Positions 36,097 to 48,399 of a stretch of DNA of 64,000 bases are shown one piece after another. The DNA comes from Monocercomonoides exilis PA203 (lineage: Eukaryota; Protista; Preaxostyla): contig LSRY02000004.1 in the NCBI GenBank assembly GCA_001643675.2, positions 1,054,001-1,118,000 of the forward strand, in the 5' to 3' direction. The notes beneath the pieces were generated by a model. The model worked only from the letters and a program-made list of their open reading frames with translations. It did no database searches and was not told the DNA's origin. Each line of letters begins with the position of its first letter. The first letter of the stretch is position 1. Made by a program: the position numbers and the translations under genes.

Positions 36097-39000
36097 TCAT
36101 TCCTTTTCCATTTTGGATTCAAGAAGTTTTCTATATGCTTCAATTCCTCCTTTAAACGGCTCAACTTTCCCGTCTTCGCAAAGCCACACCTCTTTAGCAA
36201 CCTGGCGAATGAGCCTGAAATCATGCGAAACAAGCAAAACACCTCCTTCAAACTGATTAATAGCGGTCGCAAGCGCATCAATCGTCTCCAGATCCAAATG
36301 GTTCGTCGGCTCGTCCAGCAGCAGAAAATGCGGAATCGAAAACGCCAGCCACGCAAACAGGATTCTGCTGCGCTGCCCATCGCTAAGCGTCTTCATAGGC
36401 AGCAGCTGCGCCTGCCCGGTGAGACCGTATCTTCCCAGCGCCCCTCTCAGCGCCTGCTCTGCACTGCTGACAGTCGACCCAAACGACATCCCACCAGACA
36501 GCTCTGCACCCATCCCTGGTGTTGTTCCTGCCGGAATCACTTTCTTCTCCCCATCTGGCACACCAGATGGAGGGAATTTCTTCAGCATGAACTCCAACGG
36601 AGACAGCGAAAGATCCAGCTGCTCTTCCAGATGTTGGTGATACCTGGCAATTCTGCAATTTCTGTGCCGCCGGATGTTTCCTTCAAGCGGATTCAGCTCT
36701 CCGCACATCAACTTCAGCAGAGTCGATTTTCCACACCCGTTCTGCCCAACAAGCGCAATACGTGCATCCATCCCAAGCGAAAACGACACATTGGAGAACA
36801 AAACTGGGCCGAGTTTGGGAACAGGTGGAAGTGAAGATGAAGGAGTTGTAGATGATGATGCAGAAGAAGCAGAAGCAGAAGCAGATGTTTGCTGTGTATC
36901 CTTCAGAGCGTATGCAAAACTCACTCCATCAAACTGAATGACAGGCGGAGGAAGTGTCCCGCACTTTGAGAACGTAAACTGGAACTTTCTGTCATCCACC
37001 ACAGCTTCTGTCAGCCCTCTCTGCTCCATGTGCTCCAGCTGCTTCGCACGAGACTGTGCCTGCGCAGCCATTTTCGAGCGCCCTCTCCCAAACCTCGCAA
37101 TGTACTCTTTGATGTCTGCAATCTGCGCCTGCTCTGTCTCGTACTGCCGCCGCTGGTTTTCTTCTCTTTCTCTCCGAGTGATCACATACTGGTCGTAGTT
37201 TCCTGTGTAGATTGTGAGCTTCTTCAGATGCAGGTGCATGATGCGATTGCACACGTTGTTCAAAAAGTCCTGTGAATGTGACACAACCACAAGGCACCTC
37301 TCATACTGCTTCAGATGCCTCTCCAGCCACACACACGACTCCAAATCCAGATGGTTCGTCGGTTCATCCAGCAGAAGAATATCTGGCCGCACAAAAAGCG
37401 CTCGGGCAAGCGAAAGGCGCATTCGCCAGCCACCAGACATGTCCTTCGTGTGCTGCCGCTGCTTCTCGGCAGAAAAGCCCAGCCCGCGCAGAATGGCTCC
37501 TGCACGTGCTTTTGCTGTGTCTGCTTCGAGTTCATCGAGGCGGAGATACAAATCATTCAAAAGGTCTAATTGCTCGTCTGTCAGCTCAGATGCGGCTGAC
37601 GATGATGAAGATGAGGAAGATGAACTTGACGAAGTTGGACCATCTTCTCCATCAACACCTGGTGTTGCAGAAGAAGCATCACCTCCTCTCTTCTTTCCTT
37701 TCCCTTTGCCTCTTCCACCTTTTCTATCTCCCTTTCCTCCTCCGCTTCCATTGAGAAGATCATCGATTTTTTTCTCAATCTGCAGCCTTTCCTCGTCCAC
37801 AGACACAACATAGTCCAAAGCCTCCACTTCCAACGGCGGCGCCTCTCTATCCAGCAGATACACATCCAGAAACGCAGGAACAGGAAGCTCTCTCGCTGCA
37901 ATCGCCTTCAGCAGCACTGACTTCCCGCTCCCATTCAGTCCCACAAGCCCGTACCGCTTTGCCATCCCCAGTTCGATGGATGTGTCAACCAGAAGCTCTT
38001 TGCCGTGGAAAGTGAGAGAAAGTGAACCAATTTGTGTGTCACGAGACGAGGCGCTGCTTGTGATGACTCCGACAGCTGTAAGATCAGCTATCACATCGCT
38101 CAGCTCTTCTCTGATCGTCGTTTCCTTCGCACCAGATAAAAGAGAGCTGGATCCTTTTTCATCGTCGCCTTGTTTTGATGAACTTGACGATCCTTGAGTA
38201 GGAGATGGAGAAGGTGTTGGAGTTGCCGATGAATCGCCTCCTTCTCCCTTATCACCCCCTGCTTCAGCCTGCTTCTTTGCTTTTCGTGCCTTTCGTGTGC
38301 TTCCTGCTGCCTCGGCGGACAAAGTAAACACAGATGTGGGATCTTTTCTCACATGATGCATTCTTTCCTGTCTCATTCTTTCTCTCTTTCGTTCTCTAAT
38401 TTCCTCTTCAGAAAGTTCGGACTCATCGTCATCATAAAGCATCCAATCATCATCGTCGTCGTCTCCTGTTCCCTTCTTCTTCTTCTTCTTTTTCTTTTTC
38501 TTGCCGCTTTCATCTTTCTTTTTCTTATCTTTTTTATCTCGAAGTTCTGCGGGACCTATTAAATTTAACATTGCTTGACGCAAAGAAGCTGGATCAGTAG
38601 GAAGAGTTGAAACATCCACAAGAGGTTCGATTTTCTTTTCATCGCTACCTTCAGCGTCTTTTTCATCCTTGCTTTTTTCATCACCGTTTTCAGTTTCAGG
38701 AGCAAGGTAATCGGGTTTTGGTTGTTCAGCAATTGCTATTTCCCCAGCATTCTTCAGGGCCCAGCGAAGACAACTTGATCCATCTGAATTTACACCAGGA
38801 TAAGAATCGCACATAGGAACGAATATCTTAAAAAGGTTGTTGGGGTCAGATACCCATGCTGTAACATCAGAAACTGTTTTCTTTTTACACGTTTTCATTA
38901 TTGAATTGCAAAAACTAATTTTTTGATCCTCTTTCATTTCATCACTTTGGCATTCAAGTCCACATGCTTCTGTAGGGTACCTTTCGGAAATAACAAATAA

Positions 39001-39153
39001 AAACCTTAATGAATACAAATCAACTTGTTCAGGAGCATCAACATCGATCGTCAATCGTATAGGAAATGGAGTTGTGCGCTTTAATAATCTTAAACTTGGA
39101 TATTGTTCTTTCAATGATATAAGCTCCTTTTTAATGAATTCTTTGTTATCCAT
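36097..39153 (-). CDS. ABCF2: ABC-F ATPase (ABCF2/Arb1 type) with N-terminal RWD-like domain
   Basis: Two ABC domains (GLNGSGKS/MSGGW/LLLDEPTNHLD and GQNGCGKS/LSDGQ/LLLDEPTNHLD), no transmembrane segments. LSLTFHGKELL and YIARFG are ABCF2-like. Likely start MDNKEF at 39153. Confidence 0.9.
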   Translation of the reverse strand: MDNKEFIKKELISLKEQYPSLRLLKRTTPFPIRLTIDVDAPEQVDLYSLRFLFVISERYPTEACGLECQSDEMKEDQKISFCNSIMKTCKKKTVSDVTAWVSDPNNLFKIFVPMCDSYPGVNSDGSSCLRWALKNAGEIAIAEQPKPDYLAPETENGDEKSKDEKDAEGSDEKKIEPLVDVSTLPTDPASLRQAMLNLIGPAELRDKKDKKKKDESGKKKKKKKKKKGTGDDDDDDWMLYDDDESELSEEEIRERKRERMRQERMHHVRKDPTSVFTLSAEAAGSTRKARKAKKQAEAGGDKGEGGDSSATPTPSPSPTQGSSSSSKQGDDEKGSSSLLSGAKETTIREELSDVIADLTAVGVITSSASSRDTQIGSLSLTFHGKELLVDTSIELGMAKRYGLVGLNGSGKSVLLKAIAARELPVPAFLDVYLLDREAPPLEVEALDYVVSVDEERLQIEKKIDDLLNGSGGGKGDRKGGRGKGKGKKRGGDASSATPGVDGEDGPTSSSSSSSSSSSSAASELTDEQLDLLNDLYLRLDELEADTAKARAGAILRGLGFSAEKQRQHTKDMSGGWRMRLSLARALFVRPDILLLDEPTNHLDLESCVWLERHLKQYERCLVVVSHSQDFLNNVCNRIMHLHLKKLTIYTGNYDQYVITRREREENQRRQYETEQAQIADIKEYIARFGRGRSKMAAQAQSRAKQLEHMEQRGLTEAVVDDRKFQFTFSKCGTLPPPVIQFDGVSFAYALKDTQQTSASASASSASSSTTPSSSLPPVPKLGPVLFSNVSFSLGMDARIALVGQNGCGKSTLLKLMCGELNPLEGNIRRHRNCRIARYHQHLEEQLDLSLSPLEFMLKKFPPSGVPDGEKKVIPAGTTPGMGAELSGGMSFGSTVSSAEQALRGALGRYGLTGQAQLLPMKTLSDGQRSRILFAWLAFSIPHFLLLDEPTNHLDLETIDALATAINQFEGGVLLVSHDFRLIRQVAKEVWLCEDGKVEPFKGGIEAYRKLLESKMEKE

Positions 39154-39321
39154 TGAACAAAAGATTATTATTACAACTTTGATCACATTAAAAAACAAAT
39201 TTTACAATAAGAAAAATGTAAAGTGATATCATTCAACAAAGACTTTCTAATGTTAAAAAATAAATAAATAAAACTATAGAAAAAATAAGATCTCATTAGG
39301 ATTTTGCATAAAACATAATCA

Positions 39322-42300
39322 CTAAAAATGTGAAAATTTCAAATTACAATCTAATTGGCTAATAACTTTTCCTTTTTCATCAATCCAAACAAAATCAAAA
39401 GGATTAACAAGTTTTAGCGAAGGATTTTGCTTGAAGCCTTTAGATTCATTTTGAAGAATATTCGTCAAATACTAATATTATTGAAAAGGAGAATATTAAA
39501 ATAAAAAGAAAATTAGGGGAAATAAAAATGGCAAACTGCAATAATATCATCATCCGGATCATCTCTGAAAGCTGCTGCTTGACTGTTCATTTTACCTCTT
39601 TTCATGCAACGAAATCTCTTCTGTCTGTTGCTCAGCTGGAATTCAATGTCCTCTTTTGACTGAAGAGAAACTGATGAATGTGCAAGTGGAGAAAAAGAGG
39701 AAGTGTGTGAAAATGAAGAAGCTGGCTTTAAAGAAGAAGAAGAAGAGGAAATTGACAGTGGAGATATAACATTGATCTGCTTTGAACTGAATGAGTGCTC
39801 TGTTTTGCGAAGAGCAGACAGATGGAGAACTTGCCCTTTGTCGTTCATCTTTTGCTGTTGGGACAGTTTTGTGCTGGCAGAAGAAAGAAACATTCTTTTG
39901 TGGACAAATGGCAATGGAGATGAACGAGAAAAGGAAAGATAATCCGATTTTGCAGAATTCATATGGTTTGTTGTTGTATTAGTCTGAAAAATATCTTCTC
40001 CTCCTCCTCCTTCTTCTTCTTCTTTCTCAATCACATTTGAATTATCCAAAGTTGAGTTGTTCAATGAAACGATATATGCACCAAATGTCAAACACTTCAG
40101 AGCAATCTGCCTCAAAACTGTTTGTGTTTCCTGATAGAACAGAAGCGACAATGAAGCTCTGTCAATTCCCATCCCGGGCATTTTGAATAGCCCTTTCGTA
40201 CATGAGCCACTGTCCAGCCTCAGGCAATGCATCCAGTGCTTGTCATAATACCAAAGAACAACACTTTCTGCTGCATTTGGCGCAATACAAGATGATGAAG
40301 ATAGCATCTGATGAATCGACAATGAAGCAGAGGAGGTGGAGGAAGAGGAAGAGGAAGAAGAATTAGCCATTGAAGAATTAGTTGAATAATCACACAACCC
40401 GCACAGTCTGAGTGAAGGCAGATCGCCCACAGAAAGTGGGGTGACTCGCCAGCACTGCACACAGCTGACACGAGGAGAGCCAGCGACAAACAGAGAAAGA
40501 GAACCAACAAGCTGGACGATCCTGTCGCGAGATTTGGAGCAGCCACAGATGACAACAGGGATGCCATGGAGGAGAGAGAGGGCAGCTTCGCGGAAGAAGA
40601 CGGGGTGGCAGAGAAAGTTGTGGAGAAAGACGACTGGCGAGAAATTTGGGGAGGAGAGGAGAGAAAGAGAGGGATGCAGATTGCGGAGAAAGAATGCTTT
40701 TTCTTGGTGAATAAAGTAGTCTGAAAGAAACTGCTGGAAAAGAGCTGAAAAATGATTGAAATTAGAAGGAAGTGGGGTTTTAGTGGATGTCAATGACTTG
40801 TATGAATCTGCCCGTTGAAACATCCCCAAAATCAATGAATTCAAAATAGATTCGCGATCTTTTCTCATCTCTGAACAAGACTTGCTTTTTGTAGAATATA
40901 TAACTTTAAGCATTGTTTCATTACCATTTTTCAGAAAAGAATGAAAATCTGACAAAGAATTACTTGAATCTGTTGATTTTGCAGAAAAAGATTTCCTTTT
41001 AGCATCAAAACTGAGTCTATGTGAAGAAGTTTTCAATGAATTTCCTTCTTCGCAATTAGTTCTGTATTTCACTGAACAAGTATTAAGCAAGGAAAGAATA
41101 GGATAGCGTTGTTTCCACACAAACTTCGAAAACCCTTCAAACGCCACCACTTTCGCAATGAAATGCGAATAAAAAGCGAGTGGAAAAGGAGACAGTGTGA
41201 CTGACTTTGTCGCAAAATCGGGATCAGAATACGACGAATAAGGCTTCGAAGCAGACTCATCGAAGATGTGGATCATTCGACTCAGAGAAAACTCATTTGA
41301 GCTGTCGAAAGTGGAGTCAGAAGCGTCAAATGACTGACTCTGTGAAGGAGATAGTGATGGAGATGGTGGTAGCAGTGGTAGTGATTTTGCTTGAATCTGA
41401 GCTGAACCCGAACAAGGTTGCTCTTTGCATTCATTTTCATTGACAATACATTCTTTTATTGGTGATTCACTGTGACCTGTTTGAATTCCTTCTCTTTTCT
41501 GCTTCTTTTGCTGATGCTGCTGCTGATTGCGAGGGATGATATTTGACGACAGAAGAAGAAGAATACGTGCTCTTCCGAATGGAGAAGGGATGGTTGTGAA
41601 TGGAAGCGAGAGAGAAAGAGGTGAAGACGAAAGCGGAAGATAAATGAAAAGTGAATTGGATGCGTCAGAAACAGTTTGGGTCTGCTTAGCAGAAGAATGC
41701 TGAGCGAAAGGGCGATGGAAGAAATGAGGAGAACTGAAGGAGAAAAGCAAATGTGATGAATTTTGAGTGTGTGAATGGAAACATTCTTCATTTCTGGTTA
41801 GAGATAATGAAGTTGAGCCATTCGTTTTTGCTCCTTCGGCTGCTTGATTTATCCTCTTTCCATTGTCTTGATCACTCAGACAAGATACTTTTGAATCTTT
41901 CTCAGAAGAAGAAGAGGAAGAAGAAGGTGAAGAAGAAGAGGAGGAGGAAGAGGAAGAAGAGGAAGAAGACTGCAAAAGAGAGTTGTTGTGCTCAGAGATA
42001 GGGAAACAGACAGAAGGATGCTGAACAACGAATATTGGAGAAGGCAAATGGAATGTCTCATTTGAAGAAGGAAGCATCAAACTGGTTGAGTCTGATGAAT
42101 TTTGTGTTGTTTGAGAAGATTGAGTGAAAGAAGTGTGGTTGTTGGGAAATGATGGATCAAAAACAGAAGAAGAAGAGGAGGAGGAGGAGGAAGAAGAAGA
42201 AGAAGAAGAAGAAAGCGGAGGAGCAGCAAAAACATGTATTTTTGGGAGAGGAAGAGGAGAAAGAGGATCGAAGATTTTTGGGTGTTGTGAAGGAAGAAAA

Positions 42301-45300
42301 GGGAAAATTGAGAAATACGACGCAAAACAAGAAGCAGAAGAGAGAAGAGAAGAAGGAGAATGAAGCAAAGAAGAGGCAGAGTAAGATATGATGTTTGAGT
42401 CGTCTTTGTGATTTGGACAGAAAAACGGATAAGATGAAATTGAAGAATGAGAAGAAGAAGAAGAAGATGATGATGATGATGATGATGTGATTAAATTCGA
42501 AGGGTGAACATGTTTAATTGAAGAAGAAGAAGAAGAAGAAGAAGAAAGAGGAAGCTGGTGACTCTCAAAAGAACAAAATTGAGTTGAACGGCAAAAATTC
42601 AGAAGCGAAAGGGTTTGAAGAAAAAGAGGATGGCTTATGAAGTTTGATTCATGCGAAAGAGTATTAACACTTTTTGAATTAAGTTCTGAATGAAGTGGAG
42701 ATAAACAGAGCTGTTCAGATGAAATAGAAGAGGAGGAAGAGGAGGAGGAGGAGGACAATGGCAACGAGGAAGAAGAAGAAGAAGAAAGAGGAGAAAGAGA
42801 TGGAGAAAGAGAAAGATAATTCGTTGGAATTTTGAAAGGATCAAAAATCTGATTGTTTGAGTGAAGAAGATGAAGAAGAAGAAGAAACGAAGAGAGTAAA
42901 TGAAGAGAAGAAGCGACTGCTGGTGCGAGTGCTGTGAAAGGCAAAGAGGAAAGAGGCGGGAGAGAAGAAAGAAGAACAGGAAAAACCGTCATTAAAAGAG
43001 CAAGAGGGTTTTGAGGTGATTGCGAATTCAATGAAAGAAGACGATCGAGTGAAGGGAAATGAGTAGGAGGGGTGAAAGACGAGGAAGAATCTGAAAGATT
43101 CATTTCAGAAGATGAGTTTGATTTCAACTTAGAAGAAGAAAACATATCATTTGAAAGATAATCAGGTGAGTTTAGAGAGGCAGAATGCAAAATTGTGCGG
43201 GAGAAAACAGAAGAATGCGAAGCAAATGAATCGTTTTGTGACAAAAAGGGTGAAATGTTTGGCTGTTGCAGCGAAGTTGGCTTAAATTCAGGTGATTGCA
43301 GATCATTCGAAGAATAAGAACTATTTCTGATGAAAGAAGGAGAAGAAGAATGAGAAACAAGAAGTTTGTCTACATCTGAAGAAGAAGATGATGAGGAAGA
43401 AGAAGAAGCTGATGATGATGATGATGAAGATGAAGATAACTGCTTAGAAATGGAGTAAGAAAGGAGAGGAGAAGGAAGAGTTGAGTATTTCTGGCCAGGC
43501 GACATGCGAAGATTCTGTTTGAACTGAACAGTTTTGCGTGTTTTGTTGGAGCTGCTGGAGATGATGCGCTTGAGTGTGGGAGGAGGAGAGAATGTGGGGG
43601 TGGCAGGGGATAAAGAGGAAGAGGAGGAAGAAGATAACGATGATGATGAGGAGGAGGAAGAAGAAGAAGGAGAAGGAGAAGGAGAAGGAGAAGAAGCAGA
43701 AGAAGAAGAAGATGATGATGATGATGATGATGAAGCAGATGAAGAAAAAGTTGTAGAAGCAAAGAGAACAGAAGGTGGAGATGTGTTGATGTGTGCAGAA
43801 GGCGAAGTTGGAGCAGAAAATGTCTCTTTCGCTTTCTTTTCTGAGCGGCTGGAAGGAATTGGAAGAGTAAAAGAAACAAACATTGAGGAAGAAGAAGAAG
43901 CATCAGAAGAATGAGAAGAATGAGATGAAGAAGAAGTTGATGATGATGATTTTATTGAAGTGGGAGAAGAAGTTGGAGAGGAGGAAGAAGAAGAAGAAGA
44001 AAGAGGAGAAAGTGAAGGAGAAGAAGAAGAAGAAGAATCCTTCCCATTCAATTGCTGTGATTCAGGTGAATTCAGTTCTTCGCTTTCAATTTGATTCAAT
44101 TTCCTTTTTATTTCTCTTTCAACTTCATCTTCTGTTTGTTCATTGCCACTCAAATTATTCTTTCCTTTTTCAACAAGCTCTTCTCCTTCTTCATTTCTTG
44201 CAAAATATAACACATCTTTGTTTTTCTTGTCTTCCTCACAAAAAACCCTCGTTTTCTCTTTGCGTGTCTCTGTATTCAACATCTTCAGATGGCTTGTCTC
44301 TATTTCGCTCAGCGCTCTTTTCACAGCTTCTTCTTCTTCTCTCTCTTGCTCCCTCAGAAGAACATCACATGCGCATTCAGCATCTGCAAAGGCACGCAGA
44401 AGGCAAAGAGGAGGGGGCCTGCTGGATGAGAAAGAGAAAGAGGGAAAAGAGGAAGAGGAAGAGGGAAATGAAGAGGAAGGATCAGTAAGCGAAGTGTTAT
44501 AAAAACGACTCATTAAAGCAGAAACAGAAGAAGAAGAAGCAAAAGAAGAAGAAGAAGCAGATGAATAACCAGAAGATTTCGAGTGTCCTTGGAGAGAACG
44601 AGGAAAGCCAATATCCTTTGTGGTGTTGCTGATTCTGTTGAAAGTTGCCAAAGATGTGTTGCCGAAGCGTAAAACAGTGTTTCCGCCTTCAAAATCAGAA
44701 GAAAGCGACAAATCGAATGATTCTTCATTCAGCATGCGCAGAAGAACAAGAGGACGAGAAAAGAAGGAGTGTATTGTGGTTAAGCGGGCAATGGGGAGAA
44801 GAAGATGAAGATTTCTGTTTGAAGAAGAGGAGGAAGAGGAAGAAGAGGAAGAAGAGGAGGAGGAAGAGGAGGAGGAAGAGGAGGAGGAAGAGGAGGATGA
44901 TGATGATGATGATGAAGGATAAGGAGAAAAAGAAGAAGGGGTTGTAGTATTAGTGCTGTAAGAATAACTCGAAAATGGATCAAAAGGAATCAACTGATTG
45001 ATTTTTGATTGTTTTGCATTGGTTTCTGAGCAGATTTCTTCGATGGAACGTCTTTTTTGGTCGAGCTGGACGTTTTTGTAGCGCGAAGGAGGGAGAAGAA
45101 TGGAAGGAGGAGAAGCAAAAGGAGAAAGAACTGCGTTTATATATGAAGGTGGAATTACAAATGGATGAGGACGATGATGAAAATGACGATGACGATGAGA
45201 GTGGTGGTTTTTGACGGAAGGAGAAGGAGAAGAAGATGTTGAAGAAGTTGGATTTGAGGAGGAAGAGCTGGAAGAAGAAGATGAAGATGAAGATGAAGAG

Positions 45301-47266
45301 GAGGAAGAGGAAGATAAATCAGCAGCAGCAGGATTATCGACGAGTGTTTGTGAGTACAAAAAGAGAAGAATGTCAATGTCGTCCTGAATTGTATCAAGAT
45401 AAATGAAAGAAATAAACATTAAAATCAAAAAATTAATACATAAATAAGTTTGAAACAGAAATTTTGTCAAAAAAGAAAAAAATGACGAAAAACACAATTT
45501 GAACATGTCATCATATTAGAATAAGTTCTTTCATAAGCCTCAAAAAAAAAAAGAAAAGAAAAGAAAAAAGAAAGAAAGAAATTAATTGCAAACTGGTTCA
45601 AATTGTTTGTATTGTATTTCGCTGTCACCATCTTCAACAATTTCAAAAGGAAAATATTCATTCTGTTCATTTTGTGTATTTGTAGAAAAAGAAAGTTGTT
45701 TCATTGAATCCAATTTTTCATTGAATGTTTTTAAATCTTCTGTTTTTTTGGCTGAAGATACATTACTTAAACAAGTACATTCCTTGTCTTTTTCCGTTTC
45801 ATTTCCAAAAATCTCTTCTTTTCCTGCTTGTTGCCAGCAATCGTGTTTCGGCAATGTTTCCCCTTCTGATTTTCCTTTCAAACGGCAAATTGCCTGCTTC
45901 AATTCTCTCAAAACAGCGTCTTCTACCATCTCTTCGCTCCAGTCGCTGATGTCTGCATATTTCCCTTCTGCTCCATGTTCGCCCTCTTTCTTTGAACAGA
46001 AGGGGAAATCGCCTTTCAAATGTTCATTGAATTCTTGGCATACGACGTTATGTGATGTCGAAACTGCAGGAGAAATGATGTTCTTTTCGGTTTCTTGAGC
46101 ATTGCAATCTTCATCATCATCATCTTCTTCTTCTTCTTCTTCGAACTTGTTTTCGAATTCTTCTTCATCATCAAAGTTGTCTTCATCCGCATCGACATCT
46201 GTTATAATTCCTCGTTCTCTCAGTTCGTTTTTCCTCCGCTTGTACAAATTCCTCAGCCGCAAGTCAAAGTCGCTCAGCTCGTTCAGAACCTCCCAAATCC
46301 CCAGCTCTTCGAGGTCCTCTCCTCCCAACCATCCTTTTTCCTCAAAGAGATGCCGAAGAAGATGAGACTTGCATCCTTCTGAAGCAGTTGAACTGATGCA
46401 ACTCTCTGTTTTTTCTGTCACTTCATTCTGCAGTTCGCTTTCATGCTGTACAAAACAAGTTTTTGAAGTGCAGAAAAGCGATATTTCTTCGCATGATGGC
46501 TGTATTTTGTCTTCATTATCTGCTGAATCGTTGTAAAGTTGATCAAATGTTACTAGGCAACAAATTTTTGCGAGTCGAAATGTTCTGCATGCAAATTCTG
46601 TTTGATTCCAATTTAACAGTTTGCCTGTCAAAAATGATGACGGCAATCTCTTTGAAAGATAAGCATGTGTGATCCTGATGCTTCTGAGTTTTTCAAAAAG
46701 ATTATTCCGAAACAATGCAAAATTTGTTCGTTGGAGATCCTTTGTAATTTTTTGAAACTCTAAGCGGATCTGATTATGAATTGCCAATATTTTTATTTTT
46801 GATACCGAGCAATAGCTTAAGGCAAGCGGTCTAACATACCCTCGCGCAAAAATATCCGAAAGAGTAAAATGATGAACCTGTGATATAAAAAAAACAAAAA
46901 ATTAATAAATCAACATTACATATTTTATTTCAAAAGAAGTAATTTCAGAATCAATACATATGCATAAATGCGATTTTGTTCATCAATTACAATTGTTGAA
47001 AGATCATTTGGTAGATGATCGGGAATATTTCTACCTTGGAAGTCAACCTCAACTGTCATTATGCGAATAGCAAAAGAATTCACATCAAATTCTGTCAAAA
47101 TTGTAGCGTCAGGATACACAATTAACGGAACAGGCTTTTGAAATAATAATAAATCAAAAAATCATTATTCAAAAATTCAAACTCCTTCTTGCTCATTAAA
47201 TTCTGTAATAACGATAAAGTCATTATCTAAGCACAAGTTTTGATATTTTTTATCGAAATTAGACAT
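39322..47266 (-). CDS. SMCR8: SMCR8-like protein (folliculin-family longin/DENN), multi-exon, with large poly-Ser insertions
   Basis: Spliced N-terminus DFIVITEFNEQEG|PVPL..FDVNSFAIRIMTV..AY|VHHFTLSDIFARGYVRPLALSY (exons 47266-47183, 47134-46958, 46877-45594) matches the SMCR8 longin domain. C-terminal SLLHGIPVVICG..LVGSLSLFV resembles its DENN part. The junction near 45.4-45.6 kb and the last exon are less certain. Confidence 0.8.
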
Positions 47267-47656
47267 GTTTAAGCATCTTTTTTGAAAAAAAAATTATGAT
47301 AAATAAATTATGTGTTGATATTTCATTTCTTTTTTTTGTGTTAATATTGATTGCTTTTTGTGTGTGTGTTAAATTTGTTTAGTTCTGTTTTGTATTATTT
47401 GAGTTCTATATGTATCAACTGTTTTATTAATACTAATTTATTTGAAATATGTCGAAAATAGTTATGAAAAAAAATTTTTCAATACAGTTGAACGTATGAA
47501 TCAATGATTATAAACCTTAATTTCGACATGTTAAACTCCTTATTCGAAATAAATGAACTAATTATACAAAAATGAAAAATTTCAATTGGAAATTAATAAA
47601 ATTGCGTATTTTTTTATAAATTTTTAATGAAAAATAGGTTTTTGGCTGAGCATCGG

Positions 47657-48359
47657 AAAGTGATTAAAATATAATATTTAGTCAATATTCAAAATATTGA
47701 TGAGAAATTGAACCTCTAATATTATTATTTGTGAATAGACATGAAATGTTCTGATTTTTCAGAAAAAAACCATCATCTTTGAAAACTTAAAATTTTCAAA
47801 TAAATTCATCTCACATTGTTTAACTTTGCATTGTTCAATCAATATATATATCATTTATATTGTAATTTATACAGATAAACTATTATAAACAAAAAAAGAA
47901 TTTTGAAAGAACATTCAAAGATTTTTTTGTTTATATATGCTTATCTGTATAAATTACAATATAAATGATATATATATTGATTGAACAATGCAAAGTTAAA
48001 CAATGTGAGATGAATTTATTTGAAAATTTTAAGTTTTCAAAGATGATGGTTTTTTTCTGAAAAATCAGAACATTTCATGTCTATTCACAAATAATAATAT
48101 TAGAGGTTCAATTTCTCATCAATATTTTGAATATTGACTAAATATTATATTTTAATCACTTTTCGACACTCAATCAATGGAAGGCTTAATACAAAAAATT
48201 TTTTTTCAAAAAATACTCAATTTTATTAATTTCGAATAAAAAGTTTACCAAAATCGAATAATTAGTTAATTAATATTGAACAATTAGTTGACCAATGTCG
48301 AATTATAAGTTTACCAAATTTGAATAATAAATGGTGTCTATCATTTTTTGAATGAATAT
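47657..48359. repeat. Palindrome copy 2 (loop inverted relative to copy 1)
   Basis: Perfect arms at ~47657-47878 and 47941-48162. The right arm keeps matching copy 1 to 48359; the left arm is only degenerately similar upstream of 47657. Confidence 0.93.
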
Positions 48360-48399
48360 TTTGTTTATTTTTGTCATTTTTTTTTGAAACGCGCATGAA

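Noticed and set aside
36045-46672. Many overlapping plus-strand and alternate-frame ORFs
   Set aside because: Shadows of the GC-richer, Ser-rich ABCF2 and SMCR8 coding sequences.
28049-48337. The two palindromes as TIRs of one 20-kb element carrying ABCF2 and SMCR8
   Set aside because: No TSD at the outer ends, the enclosed genes look like ordinary housekeeping genes, and each palindrome is self-contained.
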